From Ostreococcus lucimarinus (lineage: Eukaryota): a stretch of DNA of 64,000 nucleotides. The notes under the pieces are model-generated. The model made no database searches. It worked only from the letters and a program-made list of their open reading frames with translations, and was not told the DNA's origin. Below are positions 48,447-58,990 of the stretch, in pieces. The stretch's first letter is position 1, and every line of letters starts with the position of its first letter. The position numbers and the translations under genes were made by a program. Where the stretch lies: the NCBI GenBank assembly GCA_000092065.1, contig CP000590.1. One strand, written 5' to 3'.

Positions 48447-49361
48447 ATGGCGTCCCCGTTCGGCGACGCGGGCGCGGCGAAAACGAGCGTCGATCCGTTC
48501 GCGTCGTCGGCGTCGCGGTCGCGGACGTCCGAGGCGACGACGACGCGCGCGAAAAATGCCGTCGACGCGACGCCGCGGGCGCGCGCGCCCGCGTACAGAG
48601 CGTGGGACGACGTCGAGGTGTTTGAAGTGCCGGAGACGCTGCGGCGAGACGGCGCGGCGCGAAACGAACGCTTCGTCGAACACGTCTCGCTCGAGGGATT
48701 GTTCGGCGCGACGTTCGCCGACGCGTTTCACGACGACGCATCGTTTCGCACGGACGTGCGACGCGCGATGCGGAAGGATTTGTTCGTGCCGGATGAAAAT
48801 TTAAGCGCCGAGGCGAACGCGGCGATGTCGGCGCTCTCGAGCTCGGTGCACGTCAACTGGTTTGAATCCCGCACGGGGTACGCGGCGCTGAGCGCGCTGT
48901 TCGCGTCGCGCGGAATCGAAGACGTCACCGGTGAGCGCTTCATTCGCGCGCTCGGTGGGTTGTGCGGCGAGCCTCGTCACGGCACGCTCATCGACATCGC
49001 GAGCCCCGTCGGCGCGCGAAAGATTTCTCACTCCTGGCACCAAGACTCTGGATACGACCGCCTCACCGTCATGCTCGGTTTCCCCGCCGCCGCGCCGAGC
49101 GAATCCATGGGTTTACCCTCCGGCGTCGGCGTCTTCTCGCACGCCGTGAAGCTCTCGCACGCGTTGCGTCGTCCCTCCCCTCCCGGCGCCGTGCTTCAGT
49201 GGGAAGACGTCGCCTCCGCGCGCGACGTCCGTCTCGACGCCCGTTTCGTCGCCCGTCCCGCGTTCGCGCGCCATCGCGAGATCATCGTCTATCGCGATTC
49301 ATCCATCCTGCACTCCGCGCCCGACGTCGCGCATCGCGAGGCCGTGTGGCGTTTCATGTAA
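48447..49361 (+). CDS. Hypothetical protein, possibly a PhyH-like 2OG-Fe(II) oxygenase (WHQD motif), about 304 aa
   Basis: The first ATG after the R-rich leader is at 48447 (MASPFGDAG..). The motif ..ISHSWHQDSGY.. and a later His (FSHAV) weakly resemble phytanoyl-CoA-dioxygenase-family iron ligands. There is no strong family match. Confidence 0.4.
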   Translation: MASPFGDAGAAKTSVDPFASSASRSRTSEATTTRAKNAVDATPRARAPAYRAWDDVEVFEVPETLRRDGAARNERFVEHVSLEGLFGATFADAFHDDASFRTDVRRAMRKDLFVPDENLSAEANAAMSALSSSVHVNWFESRTGYAALSALFASRGIEDVTGERFIRALGGLCGEPRHGTLIDIASPVGARKISHSWHQDSGYDRLTVMLGFPAAAPSESMGLPSGVGVFSHAVKLSHALRRPSPPGAVLQWEDVASARDVRLDARFVARPAFARHREIIVYRDSSILHSAPDVAHREAVWRFM

Positions 49362-49508
49362 TCAATCTCTCAAATCACTCATTCGCGCATCTTTCCGCGT
49401 ATTTAACGCCGGGTCTGGGTCGACGCGCCGGTGACGCCGTGGATTCGATCTCGAACCCGCCGTGCATTAATGTCCGCACTAGTGCGCGCGTCGCCGCGAA
49501 GACGCCCG

Positions 49509-50471
49509 ATGGTGAAGCTCTCGGCGCTGTGTCGCCGCGCCGACGCGCACGACGACGCCGCTCTGTCGCTCGCGTGGTGCGTCGACGCCGCGTCGCCCGA
49601 TCGCGTCGCCCTGCTCACGGGATCGCTCGACGAGAGCGTCAAGCGATGGATGCCCGGCGACGGCGAGGCGCGACCGAGCGATTTAACGCGCGTCCACGCG
49701 TACGTGGGACACACGCTGGGGGCGTGCGCGCTGGACGCGAACGCCGCGGGCTCGGTCGCGGCGTCGGCGCTGGACGGCGTCGTCCGCGCGTGGGACGCGA
49801 AGACGGGGGAGACGAGCGCGGCGATGGAGAGCGCGCCGGGGGAATCGTGGGGGGTGAAATTCGACCCGAGCCCGGGATCGACGCTGCTCGCGATCGGTGG
49901 AGGAACGTCGCAGAGCGTGCGCGTGCACGACGCGCGCGATGGGGAGAGGAAACAGACGCTGGAGCTGCCGGCGACGACGGCGGAGACGCCGAAAAACGGA
50001 CGCTTCGCGCAGAGCGTGGCGTATTCGCCGGATGGGAAACGCATCGCGTGCGGGGCGATGGACGGTACCGTGGCGGTGTTCGACGTGAAAACGGGCAAGT
50101 GCGCGCACACGCTCGCCGGACACGTCGCGCCCGTGCGCGACGTCACGTTTTCTCCGGACGGGAAGACGTTGTACACGGCGAGCGACGACGGGTACGCGCA
50201 CGTCTACGACGCCCATAATAAATCATTGATCGAGTCCCTGAGCGGGCACAAGAGCTGGGTGCTGTCTCTCACCGCCTCTCCCGACGGCACCGCCCTCGTC
50301 ACCGGCTCCTCCGACGCCACGATCAAGCTTTGGGATTTAAAAACGCGCTCGTGCGCGCAAACCATGACGGATCACTCCGACGCCGTGTGGTGCGTTCGAT
50401 TTTCCCCCGACGGCGCCGCGCTCGCCGCCGCCTCCGCCGATCGCTCGGTCTCGCTGTTCAATTTCGCGTGA
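49509..50471 (+). CDS. WDR61: WD40-repeat protein WDR61/SKI8 (SKI and PAF complex subunit), 320 aa
   Basis: ATG at 49509 (MVKLSAL..). [36 protein letters not shown] matches the human WDR61 N-terminus (AHDDAIWSVAWG...VVTGSLDDLVKVW). Seven WD repeats follow, with ..[35 protein letters not shown].. and ..[32 protein letters not shown].. Confidence 0.88.
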   Translation: MVKLSALCRRADAHDDAALSLAWCVDAASPDRVALLTGSLDESVKRWMPGDGEARPSDLTRVHAYVGHTLGACALDANAAGSVAASALDGVVRAWDAKTGETSAAMESAPGESWGVKFDPSPGSTLLAIGGGTSQSVRVHDARDGERKQTLELPATTAETPKNGRFAQSVAYSPDGKRIACGAMDGTVAVFDVKTGKCAHTLAGHVAPVRDVTFSPDGKTLYTASDDGYAHVYDAHNKSLIESLSGHKSWVLSLTASPDGTALVTGSSDATIKLWDLKTRSCAQTMTDHSDAVWCVRFSPDGAALAAASADRSVSLFNFA

Positions 50472-50904
50472 GCGCGCGCCGCGCCGCGCGCCGCGTAGAA
50501 CGTACGTTTGTGCGATAATAAAACTAGCTCGTAGGTCGACGGGCGGCGCCGCCCGGTTTCTTTCTTCTCGCGCTTTTCTCGGTTCACGACTCGTCCCGAC
50601 CCCCCTCGACGACGGCCGGTCCTTCGAGCAGGCCGCGACGTCACCGCGGGGCATCGCGTCGCCATTCCGAGTCGCGCGCGTCGTCGACGACGCGTGTGCG
50701 CGCGCTCGCTCGCTCGAGGTGCGCTCGAGGTGCGCGCGCGCATCGCTCGCCGCGTCCCGAGCGCGTCGTCGTCGCGCGCGCGCGTCGCGACGCCGCGACG
50801 CGCGCGCCGCGTCGCACCGCCGCCTTTCGCGACTGGATAAAGCGACGACGACCGAAGGATCGACTGACGAACGACCGGGACTCGCAGGCGGACGACGGAC
50901 GAAG

Positions 50905-52161
50905 ATGTCGCAGTATGCGATGTGCCAGATGTGCCAGACGACGAGCGCGAGCGCGAGCGCGAGCGCGAGCGCGAGGCTGAGCTCGCGAAGGACGACGGCG
51001 GCGCTTCGGGACGGGACGGCGACGTCTCGACGACGAACGCGCGTGGTGACGATGGCGGGGCGGGATTACTACGACGTCTTGGGCGTGTCGCGATCCGCGG
51101 ACGGAAAAGAGTTGAAGCGAGCGTACAGACAGCTGGCGCGAAAGTTTCACCCGGACGTGAACAAGGAGCCGGACGCGGAGCAAAAGTTTAAGGAAATTTC
51201 CAACGCGTACGAGGTGCTGAGCGACGACCAGAAGAAGGCTATATACGATCGATTCGGGGAAGACGGGTTGAAGGGCGGCATGGGCGGCATGGGTGGTATG
51301 GGCGGCATGGGCGGCGACCCGTTCAGCAATCCGTTTGATTTGTTCGAATCCTTCTTCGGCGGCGGCATGGGCGGCGGCATGGGCGGCATGGGCGGCATGG
51401 GTGGACAGCGCCAAGCGCGTAACCGTCCAACGCAGGGCGATGACGAGAGATACGATCTTGAAATCGACTTCCTTGAGGCCGTTTTCGGGGTCGAGAAAGA
51501 GCTCGACACCATGCGCCTTGAAAATTGCGACAAGTGTTCCGGGAGCGGCGTCAAGGCTGGCACCAAGCCTGTGACGTGCGGGACGTGCGGCGGGCAAGGC
51601 CAAGTCGTCGCCACCGTGCGCACGCCGCTCGGTAACTTCCAGCAAGTCACTGGATGCCAAGCGTGCGGTGGGACCGGTCAGTCGTCGACACCGTGCCCCG
51701 CGTGCTCTGGAGACGGCCGCGTGCGACGCAGCAAGAAGATTCAACTTCGCGTACCGCCGGGTGTGGACAAGGGCTCGCGCTTGCGCGTTCGAGGCGAGGG
51801 TAACGCCGGCCGGCGCGGTGGACCGCCGGGTGATCTGTACGTGTTTATCAACGTGCGCGATGATCCGGAGTTGAAGCGTTTCGAAAACGTCAACATTAGC
51901 TCCACGGCGACCATTCCGTACACCAAGGCGATTCTCGGGTGCACCGTCAAGGTGCGCACCGTGGACGGGCCGGTGGATCTCAAGATCCCTCCTGGCGTGC
52001 AACCGGGAAGCACGCTTCTCATGGCGAAGCGAGGCGTCCCGAGACTCGGCAACGATTCCATTCGCGGCGATCATTACGTCACCGTGAAGGTCACCATCCC
52101 CGCCAAGCTCGGCGACGACGAACGCGCGTTGATCGAACAGCTCGACGCCAAGCAAAAGTAA
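50905..52161 (+). CDS. DNAJ: Type I DnaJ/Hsp40 chaperone of bacterial type (J domain, G/F-rich region encoded by a (GGCATG)n repeat, 4x CxxCxGxG zinc finger, C-terminal domain), organelle-targeted, 418 aa
   Basis: ATG at 50905. The J domain is [54 protein letters not shown], with HPD. The (GGM)n linker is encoded by (GGCATG)n at about 51278-51320 and 51365-51405. Zinc-finger repeats are [24 protein letters not shown] and CPACSGDG. Confidence 0.9.
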   Translation: MSQYAMCQMCQTTSASASASASARLSSRRTTAALRDGTATSRRRTRVVTMAGRDYYDVLGVSRSADGKELKRAYRQLARKFHPDVNKEPDAEQKFKEISNAYEVLSDDQKKAIYDRFGEDGLKGGMGGMGGMGGMGGDPFSNPFDLFESFFGGGMGGGMGGMGGMGGQRQARNRPTQGDDERYDLEIDFLEAVFGVEKELDTMRLENCDKCSGSGVKAGTKPVTCGTCGGQGQVVATVRTPLGNFQQVTGCQACGGTGQSSTPCPACSGDGRVRRSKKIQLRVPPGVDKGSRLRVRGEGNAGRRGGPPGDLYVFINVRDDPELKRFENVNISSTATIPYTKAILGCTVKVRTVDGPVDLKIPPGVQPGSTLLMAKRGVPRLGNDSIRGDHYVTVKVTIPAKLGDDERALIEQLDAKQK

Positions 52162-52163
52162 GC

Positions 52164-52200
<37 letters not shown>

Positions 52201-52444
52201 GCATCATCGCGGCAAAAATAAGATTAGCGTTTATATCGGCAAGATCTCTTTCCTTCTTTCCTCTTACAAATACACCTCGTCCCTCTAACGCAATCGGATC
52301 TATCCGCTCGCTCGCCGCCGCGCTCACGCCGAGCCCCACGCGAGGCGAACTCGACGCGCGATCGCGATCGCGAGCGCCAGCACCACGCTCGCGCACGCGT
52401 ACGCGCGCGCGACATCTCCCATCGTCCGTCGTTTCGTCGTCCCT

Positions 52445-52475
<31 letters not shown>

Positions 52476-52630
52476 CGCGCGTCGTCGCGCCGTCCTCGAC
52501 GCCGTCCCCATCTTTCCCATCTTTCGCGCCCTCGCGCGTCTCCCGTCGCTTGCGGCGCCGCCGCGGGAGCTCCGACCCCGCGAGTCCGATTCCCACCGCC
52601 TCGCCGTCCTCGATCTCGGTCAATCGCGCC

Positions 52631-53574
52631 ATGGCGACGGACGTCGGCGCGCGCCGCGGTGTCCCGACACTTCGCGTCGCGTCGACGACGACGACGACGA
52701 CGATGGCGACGCGCGTCCTCGGCGTCGTCCGTCGCGCGGCGCGCGCGATGTCGAGCGCGATGCGTCGACGCGAACCGCGCGCGCGCGCGACGGTGACGAC
52801 GCGCGCGTGGACGACGACGCTCGAGCGCGCGAACGTTCGAGCGCGCGCGTGGACGACGCCGGCGCGGAGGACGTACGCGCGCGAGCGCGGACGCGCGAGC
52901 GAGGGAGGGAAAAATCGACCGCGCGCGAACGATGAGGTGGGTCGAGGGCGCGGACGGCGAGGCGAGGCGAGGCGAGGCGAGGCGAGGCGACGCGACGGGC
53001 GAGCGCGCGGGACGCGCGGGACTGACGACGAGACGGGCGCGCGAACGAACGATAGATTAAAGCGAAAGTCGTTCGATTGGTGCGAGATGGGGAAGAGGGG
53101 GCGTCGGCGCACGAGGTGATGGCGCTGGAAGAGGCGATGGCGGCGGCGAAAGCGGCGGGAATGGATTTGGTTGAGGTGAACGGAAACGCGTCGCCGCCGG
53201 TGTGTCGAATATTGGATTACGAACGAGTGCGGTACGACATCAGGAAGCGGGCGAAAGAGCAGAAAAAGGCGGTCAGCGCGGCGCAAAAGCGGGACGTGAT
53301 AAAGGAGTTGCGATTGACGGCGAAAATCGACGTGCACGATTTGAATGTGAAGATAAATGGCGCAAAAAAGTTTCTCGACGCGGGAAATCGAGTGACGTTT
53401 CGAATCATGTTTAAGAACTCGGACGGAATAGCGCAGGACAAGCGCGCGACGCGCGGCGCAGAGATCATGGATAACATCATATCGATGCTTGAGGACGTTG
53501 AGGTCGTTCTCAAACCGAAAATGGTGGGTGCAAATCACATGACATGTTCTCTTAAACGACCGACGAAGAAGTGA
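52631..53574 (+). CDS. infC: Organellar (bacterial-type) translation initiation factor IF-3. Two exons: join(52631..52936, 53056..53574), about 275 aa.
   Basis: Exon 2 (the track ORF that starts at TTG 53077) encodes IF3_N/IF3_C (..VRLVRDGEEGASAHEVMALEEAMAAAKAAGMDLVEVNGNASPPVCRILDYERVRY..TFRIMFKNSDG..). A TAG stop at 53053 lies just upstream in the same frame. The intron 52937-53055 (GTGGGT...GATAG, 119 nt, phase 0, containing a (GAGGCG)n run) joins the transit-peptide exon. The junction then reads ..PRANDE|IKAKVVRLVRDGE, matching the IF3 N-domain opening INEEIRAxEVRLIxxDG. Confidence 0.7.
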
Positions 53575-53642
53575 GAATGTTGTGTTGCGGCTTGCTCGCT
53601 CGCGAGTTGTAGTATTACAGTATATTAAGTAGAGATGAGAAA

Positions 53643-56600
53643 TCACCGCGGCTGCGAACGATCTTTCTTCTTGCGCCAGATTGCAAAGTCTTGTCCAGAA
53701 AGCACGCAATCCCACGCGTCGTCTGCATGAAAATGACCAGGTCCAATTTTCATCAAAAGTCGGTCATCGATGACGGCGGCGTACACGCTCTGCTCGCACT
53801 TGACGATTTTCACTTCGCTCCGGCAGTGAATACCGGACTGTTTGCGAATACGAATCATGTCTTCGATGGGTTTGTGCAAATGTCCCCAGTTGTTGTCAAA
53901 GATGTGATCCCAGAAGATTGTCGGCGTGCCCGGGTGGGTCAGGATGTACGCGTATCCTTGAAGCTCTTTGTCGCGAGGAAACCGCCAGTGGCCTTGCGTC
54001 GATCCAGTGTCGTGATTTTCTATGAAAGTCACCGCTCGACTAGGCCACCAACCCATGACACCCGGAGCCTTGCCTGCTTTATCCGATAAGCGCCAATACT
54101 CTTGGCGTTCAAATACGGCGTGCAGGATGCCCTTGGTGGTAACGTCGAACGCGCCGGCGTTTCCGCCGGCGGCGTTGAGCCAGTTCACGATCCGTTGTCG
54201 ATGACCATCTTGGTTGTAATCCAGAGCATCCATGTTATAGGCCAACGAATCCCAGTACTCACCGACCGCGAACTGCGGATTCGTCGCCTCCATGTAATCC
54301 TTCACGTGACCACCCCAGAAACCTCTCACGTAATCGAGTCGCCAACCGTCGTAGCCGACTTCTCGCATGAGCCAGCTCATCCAATCTTCGAGATCAGCCT
54401 TGACGAAAGCTTGATTATGGTCGATATTAGGAGCTGCATGGAACATTTCACCATCGGCTTTGTTTCCTCGGCCATGAAAATTGGGATCGTCTGCCACGAT
54501 GGCTGTCGCGTCCCACGGTAACTTGCCTCCAAACTTGTTGTACGTGCCGGGTACGTCGCCTATGAAATGGGCGCATCGATGGTTAAGCACGGCATCACCG
54601 AGCGCCATCACACCATTATCGTGCAAAGCCTTGATGGCGCCCTTTAATTCTTCCTTTGTGCCGTATCGAGAGTCCAAGTTATAATAATCCAGAGGCATGT
54701 AACCTTGCTCGCTGACGCTCGATGTCGGCGGAGGCAACCAAACCACCGTGAATCCTAGTTCCGCAATGGTGGGTGCAAGTCGCTCGACGGCTTGGTACCA
54801 TGGAGCCTTGCAAGACTCCCAGTTGAAGCCTTGAAGCAAAACTTCCCGACCGTTACCGACGGCTGATTTCTGAGGCTTTTGAATTCGCTCCGCCGGAGCA
54901 AAGTCGTCTTCGCTCAGTGGTGGAGTCGCCACCTCGTACTCGACTTGCATATTCATATCAAGCTCCTTCTCTTCGACTTCATCCATGGAGTCGAGATGCA
55001 ACTCCGCCGCACGAAACGCAGCGGCTGTGGCGACGTCTATCGCTTCCTTAGTCCGCTCACCAGTGAGATCGAGCGTGGTGCTTGCGTACGCCGGCTCGGG
55101 CATGGGAATGACAAAATCGTCGCCATTGCGATCAAGCCACCGTCCTTCTCCACCATTTTCTTTGAGAACAAACCGCATCGCAGTGGGTGCGTTTCCGAGC
55201 TGAAGCTCCGCATAACTCATCTGAATCCGATCGGACAGCGGGTTCTCGCATTTCTTCATGGGAGTCTCGCACGCTTTGCCCGTGTCCCCGACCACTGAAC
55301 CTTCTGGGCGCCATTGTTCCGGAGGCAACGTCCAAACATCCGCACGCGCGCCGCGAGGAACAATACCCCAATGCAAAACAATATTCCACGGAAGTTCAGC
55401 TTCTACACGCACCAAGACTCCACCACCCTCGACGTTCTTTTCCACTACGGCGCCAACTCTATAACTCACTTCTTTCTCGCGAATCAACTTTTCTTCAATG
55501 GTGTTCGTAGTGAGCCAAGGACCCTCCACCAACTTCACCGGCAGCGGTTCATCTATCGACTTAGTGATAGTGCGGGACTTTGTTACCATCCTCTTCACCT
55601 TTCGCATCCCAGTTTTGAGCGTCTTCGGCTTTTCCATGGGAGCCGCTTTGGCCAGTTCAAGTTCCGGTTCAGAGTCCTCATCCTCAGGCGGTCCTTCATC
55701 TCGCGCGGCGATTGGCTTGATAGATGTCAAACCGTTCGAACCAGCGCCAAAAAGTGACTCAACTAAGGCGTTAATATTCTCGTCTTTCGTGTCGAACGGC
55801 TTGGGGTCCACAGGCGGGGTTAGAAGACGTTTCCACGCGTTTGCCGGCTCGGAGATTTCTGACGACGCTGCTGAGACGACTTCCTCCTTGACGGGAGAGC
55901 TCGCGCGCGCGTTCAAATCGATGTTCACTTCGACCACTGATGAAAGTGAGGCGAGAGATTCGTCCAACTCTTGCTCCTCTTGTTCCTCTTCGTATTCTTC
56001 GTCCTCTTCAATCTCTTCCTCATAATCTTCCAGCATAGTAATCGTACGCGTCACTAACTCAGGTTCCGGCGGCTGTGGTATCGGCACGTGCCAATCTCTT
56101 CCGTTCGTGTTATGAATCCAGCGATCTTTCTTTGGTTCTTTGAACAGGAAGTTGATTGCGTAAAAGCCGTCCGCTACGTCACCTTCGATCGTAGCCGTGA
56201 GCGTGGGGCTCAAGCGTGACGACGTCGGCGTCATGCGCGTTTGACATACCCCCGTGGTTTCAATCGTAAACGGCGGTCTAATTTTTACTGGAGGTGTCTC
56301 CATGTTATCCCACGTTTCCTTACTAGTCGCCACGCCCCAATGCATGCGCAAATCTTGCCCTTCGGCGTCCATGTCCGTTTCCACGGTGACCTTGTACTTA
56401 ACACCATTCGTCTCGACCCGAACTTTCACAGAGGCTTCCACGCGCTCGCGCGCCTTGACGACGAAACTTTTCGTGTAAAACTCATCCTTGGCGAATTCAG
56501 CGGCGGCTTCGAGTTCAATCGTCGCCCCTCCCGCTTCTCCTCCGCTCATCGCTCGCGTCGTCGTCGTGGTCCCTCGCGGCATCTGTAAACTCTTTGTCCT

Positions 56601-56819
56601 CTTCGACTCCCCGAGCTCGAGTCTATCGTCACCGTCCCGTTCACCGACCGTCACCGATCGCGCGCGCGCAAACGTTCGACACCTCGCCCGCGTCGTCGTC
56701 GCGCATCGCGCGCCGCGTCGTCCATCTCTCTCCGCCTTCGCCTTCGCCTTCGCCTTCGTCCCGCCGCGTCCCCGCGCGTCGCGCGTCGTTCCCGCGACGT
56801 TCGCGCGCATCGACTCCAT
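53643..56819 (-). CDS. AMY3: Plastidial alpha-amylase of AMY3 type: two N-terminal CBM45 starch-binding domains plus a GH13 catalytic domain, about 1058 aa
   Basis: ATG verified (cat at 56817-56819); internal starts are possible. The CBM45-like repeats are ..LRMHWGVATSKETWDN..DGFYAINFLF..DRWIHNTNGRDWHVPIP and ..VLHWGIVPRGARADVWTLPPEQW..RFVLKENGGEGRWLDRNGDDFVIPMP. The GH13 core carries GREVLLQGFNWES, GFTVVWLPPP, GVMALGDAVLNHR, GYDGWRLDYVRGF and FIENHDT. A TGTAA motif on the minus strand lies in the 68-bp spacer after the stop. Confidence 0.88.
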   Translation of the reverse strand: MESMRANVAGTTRDARGRGGTKAKAKAKAERDGRRGARCATTTRARCRTFARARSVTVGERDGDDRLELGESKRTKSLQMPRGTTTTTRAMSGGEAGGATIELEAAAEFAKDEFYTKSFVVKARERVEASVKVRVETNGVKYKVTVETDMDAEGQDLRMHWGVATSKETWDNMETPPVKIRPPFTIETTGVCQTRMTPTSSRLSPTLTATIEGDVADGFYAINFLFKEPKKDRWIHNTNGRDWHVPIPQPPEPELVTRTITMLEDYEEEIEEDEEYEEEQEEQELDESLASLSSVVEVNIDLNARASSPVKEEVVSAASSEISEPANAWKRLLTPPVDPKPFDTKDENINALVESLFGAGSNGLTSIKPIAARDEGPPEDEDSEPELELAKAAPMEKPKTLKTGMRKVKRMVTKSRTITKSIDEPLPVKLVEGPWLTTNTIEEKLIREKEVSYRVGAVVEKNVEGGGVLVRVEAELPWNIVLHWGIVPRGARADVWTLPPEQWRPEGSVVGDTGKACETPMKKCENPLSDRIQMSYAELQLGNAPTAMRFVLKENGGEGRWLDRNGDDFVIPMPEPAYASTTLDLTGERTKEAIDVATAAAFRAAELHLDSMDEVEEKELDMNMQVEYEVATPPLSEDDFAPAERIQKPQKSAVGNGREVLLQGFNWESCKAPWYQAVERLAPTIAELGFTVVWLPPPTSSVSEQGYMPLDYYNLDSRYGTKEELKGAIKALHDNGVMALGDAVLNHRCAHFIGDVPGTYNKFGGKLPWDATAIVADDPNFHGRGNKADGEMFHAAPNIDHNQAFVKADLEDWMSWLMREVGYDGWRLDYVRGFWGGHVKDYMEATNPQFAVGEYWDSLAYNMDALDYNQDGHRQRIVNWLNAAGGNAGAFDVTTKGILHAVFERQEYWRLSDKAGKAPGVMGWWPSRAVTFIENHDTGSTQGHWRFPRDKELQGYAYILTHPGTPTIFWDHIFDNNWGHLHKPIEDMIRIRKQSGIHCRSEVKIVKCEQSVYAAVIDDRLLMKIGPGHFHADDAWDCVLSGQDFAIWRKKKDRSQPR

Positions 56820-57190
56820 CGCGCGCGAAACACCCGCGCTTTCGTCGACGCTCGCGCGTCCGTCGCGCGCTCGTCGCGACGCGCGCCGAACCGAACGCGC
56901 GCGTCGTTCGATCGGTCGTCGTTCGCGCCAACGCTGTCACGATCGGCGTCGCGTCGTCGCGCGCGCGCTGCGGTGCGGTGCGGTGTCGCTCGCGACGACG
57001 CGCGCGCGCGACGATCGTCGTTCGTCGCGCGCGCTCGCGTGCGGCTCGGGCGTTCGACGCCGCGCGGCGCGAGGGCCAAGATGTGCCGAGGCGCCGGGGC
57101 GGTCGCCGCGCGCGCGTGTTTGAAATGGAGCGCGGGTCGGAGGTCGCGAGCGGTGTTGCGTGCTTACAAGCGAGCGGAAGCGTGATTAGT

Positions 57191-58990
57191 TTAAATAGTC
57201 GGGAAATCGAAGAGAATGTCTTCGTCGTTGACGTCGGCGTGGACGTTCGCTTTGATGGGCTCGTCGTCGAAGGACATGCGCGCGGTGGCGACGGAGACGG
57301 GGTGTTCGAAACCGGCGGACGCGTCGCGAGAGGGCGATTGTCGGACGCCGCCGGCCCGGTTTTGACTGACGTAAAGCTGTAAATCGCGGGATAGCTCTTG
57401 GTGCTTTTTCTGGAGGTCGTGGATCTCGGCCTCGAGGGCAACTTGCTCGCGGAGGTAGTCGCCCTGACTTGCGCCCGGAGCCTGGACCATGGAGACGTTG
57501 CACAGACGAAGCTTGACGTTTGCGTCGTGGAGATGCGCCACGGTGTGCGAGATTGCTTTTCGTAAAGACGCGAGCTTGGACGTATCCGGTAAGCACGCGG
57601 ACTGCTGCGTCATTTGATCGTCGTAACGGGCGAGTCGCTGATTCTGAAGCATCTCCAACCGCAACTGTTCGTTGGCGAGGTGCAGCGAGTTGCCCCAAGC
57701 CATGTCCGTGCTACTGTGCGCTCTCGCCCCGTTCTGGTGCTGCATGAATTGCGAGATGAAGTTGTCCGGATCGGTTTCATCGAATACACGTCTGAAGCCG
57801 TTTTCTTGTCGTTCCGCTTCTGTGAGTTTTCTTCTACCACTCGCCTTCGACGCCGGTTTCTGCTCCGCCGACTCGATGGGCTTCCTCTTCATCACCGTAC
57901 CTTTCACCGACATGGGCTTCAACTTGCTCACTCGCTCTCGGATCTGTGTTTGACGCTCACGCGATTGATTTTCCGGGCGCAGCAAACACGATTTTGGCGC
58001 CGTTTCAGTGCCGCACTTGCCCTTCTTACTGCGCTTGCAGACGTCGCATTTGAACGATGCCACGCGGCTGCGGCCAACCCTGGCGGACGTCACCGCGCCG
58101 CTCGGAGGACGCGTGGCGGTTTTCGGGCCAGCGTTTTTGAAGTCATTGAGACTTTTCATCCCAGGTGGTGCGTCGCACGAGTCGTCGTCCGATGCGTCGC
58201 TAAACTTGTTCAATCCTTGCGCCCGCCAAGTCGTGGTGAACATCAGCTCGGCTAAATCGCACAGCTTTCTCATTCTGCTAGACGACGGGTAACAGGACCG
58301 ACAGTTGGACCAAATCGAATTGCACGCTTTCCAAACCTCTCGAGACGACGCAAAGGCGTTCATTCTAAGTTTGTTCAGCACGATCGTCAGACCCATGGGC
58401 TCTTCCACCACGGACCCGTAATTCGCGCGCTCCACCGTCTGCGGATCGATGGGATCCCGGAAGTTCAACGCCTCGGGTTGATTTATGAAGTTTTCGAGTA
58501 AATGCTTGCATTTCTCCAGCTCCAATTGATTTTGAACGCGCTCATTCGCGAGCGCAACATCTGATCTAGGGAATAAATCCTTATCTTCCCGTCCTAACCC
58601 AACCTGCGTCGTGTTCGCGCCATCCGATCCCGCGCTCGTCGCAGCCGTGGAATCGAGCGAAAGCACGCTCGCAGATTTCGGCATCTCGAGCGCCTCCCGC
58701 GATATTCCCACGCTCGGAATGCACACTAACCCCCCAAGCTCGCCGATTCCTCTCGAGGTCCATTTATCGTCGAAATACGCGCGAACGACCCGAACGGCGT
58801 CTAGCCTCGACGTCGCTCCCTCCCTCGTCCACTTGTCTTCTAAAAACGCCCACGTGCGCTCCACGTCCACTTTGTAATCATCCGTCGTGTCGTACTTCCT
58901 ATCGTACGCCCGCTTGATCACCCACTCCAATCGTCCGCTCGGTCCATCGCCGTGCTCTCGTTCGATCTCCTCCGCTCGAACCGATCGCAC
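57191..58990 (-). CDS. Bromodomain-containing protein with a C-terminal coiled coil, about 599 aa. The 5' end is unresolved.
   Basis: Bromodomain-like core: FRDPIDPQTVERANYGSVVEEPMGLTIVLNKLRMNAFASSREVWKACNSIWSNCRSCY. The track ORF opens with GTG at 58990, and the first in-frame ATG is at 58684 (codon 103). Yet the first 100 residues (WVIKRAYDRKYDTTDDYKVDVERTWAFLEDKW..) look like real protein. This suggests an upstream exon or a non-AUG start. Confidence 0.6.
   Translation of the reverse strand: MRSVRAEEIEREHGDGPSGRLEWVIKRAYDRKYDTTDDYKVDVERTWAFLEDKWTREGATSRLDAVRVVRAYFDDKWTSRGIGELGGLVCIPSVGISREALEMPKSASVLSLDSTAATSAGSDGANTTQVGLGREDKDLFPRSDVALANERVQNQLELEKCKHLLENFINQPEALNFRDPIDPQTVERANYGSVVEEPMGLTIVLNKLRMNAFASSREVWKACNSIWSNCRSCYPSSSRMRKLCDLAELMFTTTWRAQGLNKFSDASDDDSCDAPPGMKSLNDFKNAGPKTATRPPSGAVTSARVGRSRVASFKCDVCKRSKKGKCGTETAPKSCLLRPENQSRERQTQIRERVSKLKPMSVKGTVMKRKPIESAEQKPASKASGRRKLTEAERQENGFRRVFDETDPDNFISQFMQHQNGARAHSSTDMAWGNSLHLANEQLRLEMLQNQRLARYDDQMTQQSACLPDTSKLASLRKAISHTVAHLHDANVKLRLCNVSMVQAPGASQGDYLREQVALEAEIHDLQKKHQELSRDLQLYVSQNRAGGVRQSPSRDASAGFEHPVSVATARMSFDDEPIKANVHADVNDEDILFDFPTI

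Noticed and set aside
47946-50218. Several 175-420-aa R/A-rich ORFs on both strands around the VKOR, PhyH-like and WDR61 genes (e.g. 47946..48731 -, 48214..48741 -, 48962..50218 +)
   Set aside because: Poly-Arg/Ala translations of (CG)-rich sequence. They overlap better-supported genes in other frames.
50641-52155. 504-aa minus-strand ORF exactly antisense to the DnaJ gene
   Set aside because: The DnaJ frame has unambiguous J-domain and zinc-finger motifs. The antisense translation is R/H/L-rich with no domain-like segments.
52324-53715. 463-aa minus-strand ORF across the IF3 locus
   Set aside because: Antisense to the IF3 exons, R-rich, with no recognisable domain.
56641-57698. ORFs of 140-270 aa (56641..57441 -, 56594..57382 +, 57186..57698 -) in the gap between the amylase and bromodomain genes
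   Set aside because: R-rich GC-artefact translations with no conserved motifs. The region is best treated as a GC-rich intergenic, UTR or promoter region.
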